Source: Patescibacteria group bacterium (GTDB taxonomy: Archaea > Thermoproteota > Bathyarchaeia > TCS64). From it: a DNA stretch of 36,959 nucleotides. The notes beneath the pieces were generated by a model. The model did no database searches. It was not told where the DNA came from and saw nothing but the letters and a program-made list of their open reading frames with translations. Positions 9,501 to 16,859 of this stretch are shown one piece after another. Both the position numbers and the translations under genes were made by a program. The first letter of the stretch is position 1, and each line of letters opens with the position of its first letter. Where the stretch lies: assembly GCA_035527235.1 (NCBI GenBank), contig DATLAV010000205.1, positions 1-36,959 of the forward strand, in the 5' to 3' direction.

Positions 9501-12085
9501 GGCGTGCCTCGGACGGGGGCGGCGCCATGCCCGCGAACCCCGGCGTCAGTGAGAGGCTCGAGAAGCTTGGGGGATACGTAGAGGAGCTGAACGGCAGGTT
9601 CGAGGAGCCCATCTGGAAGGGCCGACGGGAGGCGATGGCCCCTGAGAAGATCATGGATAGGATGAGGGCGCTGAGGTCCCGCATTGACGACCTCCAGACC
9701 TGGGTCGACTACAACACCATCACAGCGGAGCTCTCCAGCGACGGGCTAGGGGCACTCCTTGAGCAGATGATCCAAAAAAAGATCGGCCATGACGTGCTCC
9801 TAGATGTCTTCCACAAGTCGATCTACCAGGGGTTCCTCGACATGGTCTTCAGCGAGGACATCAACCTCAGCGACTTCAGGGGGAAGGAGCACGAGCAGCT
9901 GATCGACGACTTCCAGGAGCTGGACCGCAAGTTCATCAGGCTCTCCGCGCAGAGGGTCATCGAGGCCGCCAACGAGCACAAGCCCCAGGGCGTCTTCGTT
10001 GTGGCGCCGGACTCGGAGATCACGATACTGAGGCGGGAGGCCACCAAGAAGAGCCGCCATATGCCCCTGAGGGAGCTCTTCGAGAGGATCCCCAACCTGA
10101 TCTGGCGCCTCAAGCCCTGCCTCATGATGAGCCCCATCAGCGTCAGCCAGTTCCTGAAGCCTGGAGCCATCCACTTCGACCTCGTCGTCTTCGACGAGGC
10201 GTCACAGATCTACACTGAGGACGCCGTGGGCTCCATCTACAGGGGGGACCGGCTCGTGGTGGCCGGGGACCCGAAGCAGCTTCCGCCGACGCCGTTCTTC
10301 CAGTACTCCATGGACGAGGACTTCGACTGGGACGCCGCGAACTACGAGTTCGACGTCTTCGACAGCGTCCTAGACGAGTGCATGTCCATCGGGCTCCCGG
10401 TGAAGATGCTCAGGTGGCACTACAGGAGCAGGCACGACTCCCTCATCAGCTTCAGCAACGACAGGTACTACGACGGCCGTCTCGTCCTCTTCCCGGCGTC
10501 GAGGATGGGGGCGGAGGACCTGGGCCTCGAGTTCGTCTACGTGGAGGACGGCGTCTACCAGAGGGGGCGGGCCAGGAACAACCCGAGGGAGGCCGAGGTG
10601 GTGGCCGACCTCGTCTTCGACCACTTCCAGAGGCATCCGGACAAGACCCTTGGGGTCGTCACCTTCAGCCTGAGCCAGATGAACACGGTGCAGGACGCAG
10701 TGGAGAGGCGGCTCCGTGACCGCCCCAAGTTCGAGCAGCACTTTAAGGAGGACAGGCTCAACGGCTTCTTCGTGAAGAACTTGGAGAACGTCCAGGGCGA
10801 CGAGAGGGACGTCATGATCTTCAGCGTCGGCTACGGGCGCGACGAGGACGGGCGCATCACCATGAACTTCGGCCCCCTGAACAAGCAGGGGGGCGAGAGG
10901 AGGCTCAACGTCGCGATCACCAGGGCCCGGGAGAAGGTGGTGCTCGTCAGCTCCATCAAGTACGACGACATCAAGCTCACCTCCACCCAGGCCGAGGGGG
11001 TCCACAGCCTCCACTACTACCTCCGCTACGCCGAGAGGAGGCCGAAGAACCTGGAGGAGACGAGGGGTGACGCTGGCTTCGCCTCACCCCTGGAGATGGA
11101 CGTCGCCGAGGAGGTGGAGGGCCTCGGCTACGAGGTGGTGCCCAGCGTGGGCTCCAGCTCCTTCAGGGTCGACCTCGGCGTCGTGGACCCCAGGAACCCG
11201 GGGAGGTTCATCCTCGGCATCATGTGCGACGGTGACACCTACAGGGAGGCCAGCATGGCGAGGGACAGGGACCGGCTGAGGAACCAGGTGCTGGAGAACC
11301 TGGGGTGGAGGATCCACCGGATCTGGTCCCCTGACTGGGTTCAGAGGAGGTCCACCGAGCTGAAGAGGCTGAGGAACGCCCTCAAGGACGCAGAGAGAGG
11401 ACCGAGGACCATGGAGGTCCTCGACGAGACGTCCGCGCCCACCCCCGTTAGGACCGTGAAGAGGGGAAGGGTCGAGGAGGCGAGGGGAAACGACCTCCCG
11501 GAGGTGGAGCCCTACAGGTTCGCTAGGTTGAGACCCGACCACCTCTTCAGTAGGTACTCGGCCGAGTTCAAGGAGAGGTACATGGCCCAGTACCACGCAG
11601 AGGTGAAGAGGCTTCTCCCCCAGCTCGTGGCGGTGGAGGGACCCATCCACAGGGATCTCGCATACAGGCGGCTGAACACCGCCTTCAGGCTGAGCCGGGC
11701 CACCCAGAGCTTCGCGGACGCCTTCTTCGAGGAGATCGACTGGCTGGTGACCAGGGGCGAGCTGAGGTGCGTCGACGGCTTCCTCTGGCCGGTGGAGGAC
11801 GTCCCCCTGACGGTGCGCGTCCCCGTCGAGGGAGTTGAGGAGTCCTTCAGGGCCGTGGAGCACATCCCGCCCGTGGAGATCGGCAACGCCGTCGTCCTTG
11901 TCGTGGGTCACTCCCTCGGGATCAGCGGGGAGTCACTGCTCAACGAGACCGCCAAGCTCCTGGGGTTCAAGAGGATGACCGAGAGCGTCAGCCAGACAGT
12001 GACCGGCATCATAGGGAAGATGAACCGGGACGGCGTGCTCAAGCTCCAGGAGGGGCTCTACACACTTTCTGGTAAGATGAATTAG
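6545..12085 (+). CDS. Giant SF1 (Upf1/DNA2-like) helicase fused to a Vsr/DUF559-like endonuclease. Domain order: DUF4011-like N-terminus, AAA_11/AAA_12 helicase, MTES_1575-like REase fold, DUF3320-like C-terminus.
   Basis: The N-terminus carries LIDLSRRNRLVNFR, YVTFGMLRW and LGLFSFYKLVMYHDL. Helicase motifs are motif I GPPGTGKS (aa 300-307, nt 7442-7465), motif II DEAS (aa 1217-1220, nt 10193), GDPKQLPP, LRWHYRSR, VQGDERD and NVAITRAR. The nuclease module spans aa ~1511-1600 (SPLEMDV, FRVDLGV, IMCDGDTY, ARDRDRLR, GWRIHRIWSPDW). The tail is DUF3320-like (EGPIHRDLAYRRL...). The only in-frame start is a TTG. Confidence 0.85.
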   Translation: MDKAQSKVLRRIDEWKLKLIDLSRRNRLVNFRPTRSSNTQFDEPGMNAVFERLVTENKWWEIWMPPAEGERATRPRKTQVVPSTQERSQLERILRNLARRSASEYRERGIRVLYVTFGMLRWVDSGTSEQLMSPIALTPVELTRKTTRDPYRIQIPAVEDEVILNPALKLKLQYDHNIELPPLPDFEERTLSDYLDTVQEAVEGTGWYVEPTVQLGLFSFYKLVMYHDLEENANIIAEHPLIKALAGVAQPPTADGLLPTEGELDGIVDPKGTYQVLDADSSQQLCIQYALGGQSFVMHGPPGTGKSQTIANMISEFIAAGKSVLFVSEKMAALEVVYSRLKAKNLDDFCLELHSHKANKREVVAELKRSMDEHLSLRGGITDEELSRLASRRDQLNAYVEALHIRRQPMEMSAYELFGRLARLEEAPFLPSGYPAFNTLNQARLFELEEKMRRLTNAWAVVEEGQRFPWRGCREERFTPETRSSWMALLDGAISTIEGLKEATTRFTETLGLEAPKTTAEYERLQRLAELITATPRPPMNWFEDVDLDGVKDRTRDLRKEWEAYWNERRALEKSYDSRFLVLPPGTADRIEGEWSSLKEVLKPASKGDGDLLKQMTELNEYATNLRDGMLKWKKDADATAEFLGLKTDVETPERAMQLSQLADLCEGETKPERAWLDMSRLQETRALLESLREHYSGSEELRGRLDVYTEELLTLDLDRLIGWYEGSGKSFLRFLNPSHYSIQGTVSRVSRSGSVPETILDDLKTAKELVQLQRKLAEGQEDAKKALGSYYTGDRPDFEAAEKALETAETAIKIAGRARAPKALRDNLAAGTKPGKDLLEVGHRLRDSLAAWRKRTREVGGLVPPRRIPTSGKSLEKSTFKEIDEWAYEVGERLGALSRTSAEALATRKTEHPPHMGALILDLRRVEGLQRFEDHVEGLKEEMQGSFGHLYAGLLTDWDAVAGAVDWTKRVIRALSSGVPDSLKRRASDGGGAMPANPGVSERLEKLGGYVEELNGRFEEPIWKGRREAMAPEKIMDRMRALRSRIDDLQTWVDYNTITAELSSDGLGALLEQMIQKKIGHDVLLDVFHKSIYQGFLDMVFSEDINLSDFRGKEHEQLIDDFQELDRKFIRLSAQRVIEAANEHKPQGVFVVAPDSEITILRREATKKSRHMPLRELFERIPNLIWRLKPCLMMSPISVSQFLKPGAIHFDLVVFDEASQIYTEDAVGSIYRGDRLVVAGDPKQLPPTPFFQYSMDEDFDWDAANYEFDVFDSVLDECMSIGLPVKMLRWHYRSRHDSLISFSNDRYYDGRLVLFPASRMGAEDLGLEFVYVEDGVYQRGRARNNPREAEVVADLVFDHFQRHPDKTLGVVTFSLSQMNTVQDAVERRLRDRPKFEQHFKEDRLNGFFVKNLENVQGDERDVMIFSVGYGRDEDGRITMNFGPLNKQGGERRLNVAITRAREKVVLVSSIKYDDIKLTSTQAEGVHSLHYYLRYAERRPKNLEETRGDAGFASPLEMDVAEEVEGLGYEVVPSVGSSSFRVDLGVVDPRNPGRFILGIMCDGDTYREASMARDRDRLRNQVLENLGWRIHRIWSPDWVQRRSTELKRLRNALKDAERGPRTMEVLDETSAPTPVRTVKRGRVEEARGNDLPEVEPYRFARLRPDHLFSRYSAEFKERYMAQYHAEVKRLLPQLVAVEGPIHRDLAYRRLNTAFRLSRATQSFADAFFEEIDWLVTRGELRCVDGFLWPVEDVPLTVRVPVEGVEESFRAVEHIPPVEIGNAVVLVVGHSLGISGESLLNETAKLLGFKRMTESVSQTVTGIIGKMNRDGVLKLQEGLYTLSGKMN

Positions 12086-12090
12086 GTGAG

Positions 12091-12167
12091 TGGCGCCGCC
12101 GATCGGATTCGAACCGATGACCAACTGGTTAACAGCCAGACGCTCTACCGAGCTGAGCCACGGCGGC
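12091..12167 (-). tRNA. tRNA-Asn (anticodon GUU), CCA encoded
   Basis: The reverse complement is GCCGCCG TG GCTC AGCTCGGTA GAGC G TCTGG CTGTTAA CCAGT TGGTC ATCGG TTCGAAT CCGAT CGGCGGC G CCA. Its 3' end lies 5 nt from the helicase stop, in convergent orientation. Confidence 0.9.
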
Positions 12168-12495
12168 TTTTGCGATACGGGGGATCTCTTCCCCCTTCAG
12201 GTTGCCCGTGGGGGGACTCCTCCGTCTCACGGGAATGGATGCTGTCGTATTAAAAAATTTGTTGGTAGGTGTGCAGGCGCTCTTCAGCGCGGGTGGATGT
12301 CTGATCGTCAATTTTAATTTAAGGTCTGAAATCTGATGTCTATGCGTTTATGCGGACCTACTTTTTTGGGTGAACCTCGCAATTTTTCGTAAAAACAGCC
12401 CATTTGACGACGTATTTTCAATTCATGCTATAATTGCGATAACCTTTTAACCGGCATGCAGCCCCATATAGCACACCAATACCAAAAAGATACCT

Positions 12496-12501
12496 GGAGG
12501 A
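12496..12501 (+). promoter_or_regulatory. Shine-Dalgarno-like GGAGGA upstream of alba
   Basis: GGAGGA lies 6 nt upstream of the GTG start at 12508. Confidence 0.5.
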
Positions 12502-12507
12502 GTCTGT

Positions 12508-12783
12508 GTGTCGAGATCGAATACTGTTTTCATTGGTAGGAAGCCGGTTCTCAACTACGTGCTCGCCGTTATGACCCTGTTCAAGAGCGGACAGGAAGAG
12601 GTGCTCGTCAAGGCGAGGGGCAGGTCCATCAGCACGGCCGTCGACGTTGTCGAGGTCACCAGAAACCGGTTCATGTCAGACATGAAGGTAGGGGAGATAA
12701 TCATTGGTACCGAGGAGCTCACATCTCCGGACCGACCGGGTCCGACGAACGTGAGTACCATCGAGATCAAGATCCACCGCTGA
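12508..12783 (+). CDS. albA: DNA/RNA-binding protein Alba
   Basis: The product reads SRSNTVFIGRKPVLNYVLAVMTLF...VLVKARGRSISTAVDVVEVTRNRF, a typical Alba N-terminus and core. It has a GTG start preceded by an SD. Confidence 0.9.
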   Translation: MSRSNTVFIGRKPVLNYVLAVMTLFKSGQEEVLVKARGRSISTAVDVVEVTRNRFMSDMKVGEIIIGTEELTSPDRPGPTNVSTIEIKIHR

Positions 12784-12840
12784 AAACATTTAAAGGGCAT
12801 CTCGCACTGGCTTCTCCGGAATCGCCGGAGGAACAGCTGA

Positions 12841-13353
12841 GTGCAAACACAACTATGTGAGTTCTGTCTTAGGAGCGGGATGCTCTGCTCGAAATGCCAG
12901 GAGAAGGTCAGGAAAGGCGAAGTAAACGATCTCTACATGAAGGTAGCGCAGTATCTATTGGACGTCGAGAACAAATATCCGGCTCTACAGAAGGCCCGAC
13001 TGGACAAGACCTTCGAGACCGGCGGATTTCTAGTGCTCGTGGTCGGTCGAGGGGACCGCAACAAGTTCATGACCGACGGCGGGAAGCTGACGAGGGATGT
13101 CGGCGACAGCTTCGGCCGTAGAGTACTGGTGATCGAGGATGGGGTGAACGACAGGGGTTTCCTGGAGGACCTCTTCTCGAGCCAGCACATCGTCACGATA
13201 AACATAATCTGGCTCCCCGACGGGACCACGGAGACCCGGATCGTGCTTCAGGGAAGGGGCGCAAGGCGCCTCAGCAAGAAGCGGATCAAGGCGCTCACGG
13301 ATATAGCGAAGGAGGTCCGTAAAATGGACCTCAGGGTCGAGTACGCCTACTGA
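12841..13353 (+). CDS. Conserved archaeal protein with an N-terminal zinc ribbon and a KH-like RNA-binding region. The exact family was not resolved.
   Basis: The zinc ribbon is CEFC-x8-CSKC followed by GEVNDL. A later segment, VVGRGD...GGK...GRRVLVIE, resembles a KH GxxG region. GTG start. Confidence 0.5.
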   Translation: MQTQLCEFCLRSGMLCSKCQEKVRKGEVNDLYMKVAQYLLDVENKYPALQKARLDKTFETGGFLVLVVGRGDRNKFMTDGGKLTRDVGDSFGRRVLVIEDGVNDRGFLEDLFSSQHIVTINIIWLPDGTTETRIVLQGRGARRLSKKRIKALTDIAKEVRKMDLRVEYAY

Positions 13354-13418
13354 CCCACCAAAGTTTTTATAGCATACAGGTTTCTTCACCCATTGGTTTC
13401 GGCCAGGAGAAGCCATGA

Positions 13419-14702
13419 ATGTTCGAGCGAATCTACATCGAAGAGGCCAAGGCGAACGTGGGGAAGACCGTCACCCTGGCCGGGTGGGTGACGAGGACCA
13501 GGGAGCTGAGGAAGATCAGCTTCGTCATACTAAGGGATAAGACGGGGGAGGTCCAGGTCACCGTCAAGGACGACGACCAGAAGGCGTTCGTCTCCTCGCT
13601 GGGCAGGGAGGACGTCGTAAAGGTCACGGGGAAGATGGTGGAGAGCCCCATCGCCAACGCGGGCGTGGAGTTCGTCCCCGAAGCGTTGGAGGTCGTCAGC
13701 AAGGCGGATCAGCCCCTGCCCTTCGACCTCTTCGGTAGGGTCGAGTCTGAGCTGGAGACCCGACTCAACTACAGGTTCATGGACTTTCGAACCCCCAAGA
13801 CGGGGGCCATCTTCCGCATCCAGCACGTGTTGCTCCAGACGTTCCGTAGCTTCCTGTCGGAGAGAGGGTACATGGAGTTCCAGCCGCCGTGCGTCATCGC
13901 GTCGGCATCAGAGGGTGGCGCCGATCTGTTCATGCTCCCCTACTTCGAGAAGCAGGCCTACCTGGCGCAGAGCCCCCAGCTATACAAGCAGATGTGCGCC
14001 ATCAGCTTCGAGAAGGTGTTCACGGTGACTCCTATCTGGAGAGCGGAGAAGTTCAACACGCCGACCCATCTCAACGAGGTGAGGCAGATGGACATCGAGC
14101 AGGCCTTCGCCGACGACGAGACAGTGATGAAGGTGCTCGAGGAGACGCTGGCCCACCTCCTGAGCACGGTGAAGGAGCGTTGCGGCGACGAGCTGAAGCT
14201 CCTGGGCAGGGAGCTCACGGTGCCTGGGCTCCCCCTGAGGAGGGTGACCTACACCGAAGCCGTTGAGATGCTACAAGGGGCTGGGGATGAGATGATCTGG
14301 GGTGAGGACTTCACCAAGGCTCAGGAGAGGAAGCTCACGGAGCTCGTGGGCGAGGAGGCGTTCTTCCTCAAGGACTGGCCGTCGGTGCAGAAGGCGTTCT
14401 ACGCGATGCCCTACGAGGACAACCCGGACATCGTCCACGCCTTCGACCTTCTCTACGGCGGCATCGAGCTGAGCAGCGGGACACAGCGCATCCACCTGCC
14501 CGATCTCCTCAGGCGGCAGCTAAAGCAGAAGGGGCTGAACCCCGACAACTTCAACCATTACATTGAGAGCTTCGCGTACGGTACGCCCCCCCACGCTGGC
14601 TGGAGCATCGGCCTCGAGCGGCTGACAATGACGGTGACGGGGATGGCCAACATCCGGGAGTGCTGCATGTTCCCCAGGGACCGCGAAAGGCTGGTGCCCT
14701 AG
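13419..14702 (+). CDS. aspS: Aspartate--tRNA ligase, archaeal type (class IIb)
   Basis: The product has an N-terminal OB fold (VTLAGWV...RKISFVILRDKTGEVQV). It also has QSPQLYKQ, motif 2 FRAE-like IWRAEKFNT and motif 3 GTPPHAGWSIGLERL. Length is 427 aa. Confidence 0.9.
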   Translation: MFERIYIEEAKANVGKTVTLAGWVTRTRELRKISFVILRDKTGEVQVTVKDDDQKAFVSSLGREDVVKVTGKMVESPIANAGVEFVPEALEVVSKADQPLPFDLFGRVESELETRLNYRFMDFRTPKTGAIFRIQHVLLQTFRSFLSERGYMEFQPPCVIASASEGGADLFMLPYFEKQAYLAQSPQLYKQMCAISFEKVFTVTPIWRAEKFNTPTHLNEVRQMDIEQAFADDETVMKVLEETLAHLLSTVKERCGDELKLLGRELTVPGLPLRRVTYTEAVEMLQGAGDEMIWGEDFTKAQERKLTELVGEEAFFLKDWPSVQKAFYAMPYEDNPDIVHAFDLLYGGIELSSGTQRIHLPDLLRRQLKQKGLNPDNFNHYIESFAYGTPPHAGWSIGLERLTMTVTGMANIRECCMFPRDRERLVP

Positions 14703-15064
14703 TGGGGTTCAGCTACAAGATGTGCATCGTCCTCCGCTTGGACCTCGGCATGAGCACGGGCAAGCTCATCGCCCAGGCCTGCCACGCCGCCGTCGGCGCC
14801 TCCGAGATGGCCAAGAAGGAGAACCACAAGGCCTGGATGAGGTGGAGGGACGAGGGCGGGAAGAAGGTCGCTCTGGAAGCCGAGTCCCTGGAGGAGCTGG
14901 AGGAGCTCGCTGAGAAGGCTGACGAGCTGGACATCGTAAACTACGTCATCCAAGACGCCGGACTCACAGAGGTGCCCCCCGGCACTGTGACAGCCATAGG
15001 GCTCGGACCCGACCTCGCGGAGAGGATCGACAAGGTCACCGGCAGCCTACCGCTGATTAAGTGA
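14702..15064 (+). CDS. pth2: Peptidyl-tRNA hydrolase, archaeal Pth2 type
   Basis: The product reads YKMCIVLRLDLGMSTGKLIAQACHAAVGA...VIQDAGLTEVPPGTVTAIGLGP. I prefer the GTG at 14702, which overlaps the aspS TAG as TAGTG. The ATG at 14720 is an alternative. Confidence 0.85.
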   Translation: MGFSYKMCIVLRLDLGMSTGKLIAQACHAAVGASEMAKKENHKAWMRWRDEGGKKVALEAESLEELEELAEKADELDIVNYVIQDAGLTEVPPGTVTAIGLGPDLAERIDKVTGSLPLIK

Positions 15065-15718
15065 CCTCCAGGCCGCCGCTATCACGGGATTCTTGTCTAG
15101 GTACTTCTCCCTCAGCCCCTCTTCGACGCGGTTGAATGGGCAGCTGAAGTTGACGCAGCGGGGGCAGTAGAAGAGGCTCAGGAGTGTGAAGCCGGAGACG
15201 ACGGCGAGGAAGGTGGCTGCGACCAGCCCGGCGAATGCGATCTCGGCGGTGCCCCCTAAGCCTCCGGCGTAGACCGCCTGTAGACCCGTCAGCTCCGTCA
15301 GAAGGGGCAGCCCCCCGAAGACCGCGAAGCTCACCACCACAATAGCCCTCTCCCACCTGCCCGCGGGCGAAGGCTGATATCCCCAGAGCTTCGGCAGCCC
15401 GTGGTTGGCGTAGCATCGGAGGGTGAAACCCGTCCTCGAGTAGAACGGGCAGTGCCGGCAGAGGATCCTGCTCTCAAGGAGCGTGAAGAAGACGACTATG
15501 AAGGCGATATAGAGCGCCTGGAGGAGCCAGCTGCCGGTCACTCGCCCTGCGATGTACATTCCCGGCACCGCGGTGGCGGCGAAGGGGATGACGATGAGGA
15601 GGAATCCCCGGAGGTCCTCCCGCCTCCACCGGCAGTTGAGCTTCCCCCGCAGCTCGCAGCCCTCGCACTCGGCCTCGTCCCGCCAGGTGCAGAGGCAAAA
15701 GGGGTTGACCGAGCCCAT
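15047..15718 (-). CDS. Cysteine-rich polytopic membrane protein, function unknown
   Basis: The 223-aa product has an N-terminal CLC...CEGC...C cluster, then CRHCPFY and CPRCVNFSCPF motifs flanking about 5 hydrophobic segments. Its 3' end overlaps the 3' end of pth2 by 18 nt (convergent). Confidence 0.6.
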   Translation of the reverse strand: MGSVNPFCLCTWRDEAECEGCELRGKLNCRWRREDLRGFLLIVIPFAATAVPGMYIAGRVTGSWLLQALYIAFIVVFFTLLESRILCRHCPFYSRTGFTLRCYANHGLPKLWGYQPSPAGRWERAIVVVSFAVFGGLPLLTELTGLQAVYAGGLGGTAEIAFAGLVAATFLAVVSGFTLLSLFYCPRCVNFSCPFNRVEEGLREKYLDKNPVIAAAWRSLNQR

Positions 15719-15819
15719 GTCGCAGGCACCCTCTCGAGCACTACTCTAACTTTTGAACTAATAAGCCTAAGAGAGATACAAGAACTGCACGGAGTGTCAG
15801 AGCACTGATTCTCAAGGGA

Positions 15820-16851
15820 ATGAGATGGGGGGAGACCGGGGACGGCGACCCCGTCCACCTGTACACACTCGCGAACGAGCGAGGGATCGAGGCGCGTATC
15901 TCGGACTACGGGGGCATCGTGACGTCGTTGATGGCGCCCGACAGGGATGGACGCCTCGTAGATGTCGTCCTCGGATACGACTCCCTGGGGGAGTACGTCG
16001 AGGACGCCACCTATTTCGGCTGCCTCATCGGCCGGTACGCCAACCGCATAGCGTTGGGCCACTTCACACTCGACGGCGTCGAGCACTCGGTGACCGTCAA
16101 CAACGGCAGGAACCACCTCCACGGTGGCGCCAAGGGGTTTAACAAGGTCCTTTGGGAGGCCAAGGAGCAGAGAGGGGAAAACTCCGTCGGCGTTCGGCTC
16201 ACGTACCTGAGCCCGGACGGCGATGAGGGGTACCCCGGCAACCTGCTCGCTCAGGTCACGTACACCCTCACGGAGGGGAACGAGCTGATTCTGGACTACG
16301 CGGCCTCCACCGACGCCGTCACGATCGTCAACCTGACCAACCATTCCTACTTCAACCTGGCGGGCCACGGTAGCGGTGACGTCCTGGATCATATGCTGAC
16401 TTTGAACGCCGATCGCTTCACCCCCGTCGACGGGGAGCTCATACCCACCGGGGAGCTCAGGGACGTCGAGGGGACGCCGATGGACTTCAGGAGGCCGACC
16501 GCCATCGGGGAGAGAATAGACCACCCGCAGCTCGTGTTGGTGGGGGGCATCGACCACAACTTCGCGCTGAGCAGGGGCTCGGATGGGATGGCGTTCGCGG
16601 CCAGGGTCCATGAGCCCCTCTCGGGGAGGACCCTTGAGGTCTCCACGACGGAGCCGGGGATCCAGATCTACACGGGCAACTTCCTCCAGGAGGGGAAAAC
16701 GGGGAAAGGAGGGAGGACGTACGGACCCCGGGGGGCCATCTGCCTGGAGACCCAGCACTTCCCTGACTCACTCAACAAGATGAACTTTCCCTCGACCGTC
16801 CTCTGGCCTGGCGAAACGTACAGGCAGAGGACTGTCTACAGGTTCACTTAG
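15820..16851 (+). CDS. galM: Aldose 1-epimerase (galactose mutarotase)
   Basis: Matching segments are GGIVTSL..PDRDG...DVVLGYDSL.EY, YFGCLIGRYANRI, NHLHGG..GF and ICLETQHFPDS. Confidence 0.88.
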   Translation: MRWGETGDGDPVHLYTLANERGIEARISDYGGIVTSLMAPDRDGRLVDVVLGYDSLGEYVEDATYFGCLIGRYANRIALGHFTLDGVEHSVTVNNGRNHLHGGAKGFNKVLWEAKEQRGENSVGVRLTYLSPDGDEGYPGNLLAQVTYTLTEGNELILDYAASTDAVTIVNLTNHSYFNLAGHGSGDVLDHMLTLNADRFTPVDGELIPTGELRDVEGTPMDFRRPTAIGERIDHPQLVLVGGIDHNFALSRGSDGMAFAARVHEPLSGRTLEVSTTEPGIQIYTGNFLQEGKTGKGGRTYGPRGAICLETQHFPDSLNKMNFPSTVLWPGETYRQRTVYRFT

Positions 16852-16859
16852 GAAAAAGG

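Noticed and set aside
15538-16758. A 406-aa minus-strand ORF
   Set aside because: It is antisense to the clearly homologous aldose 1-epimerase gene. Its R/P/G/V-rich composition is typical of shadow ORFs in GC-rich DNA.
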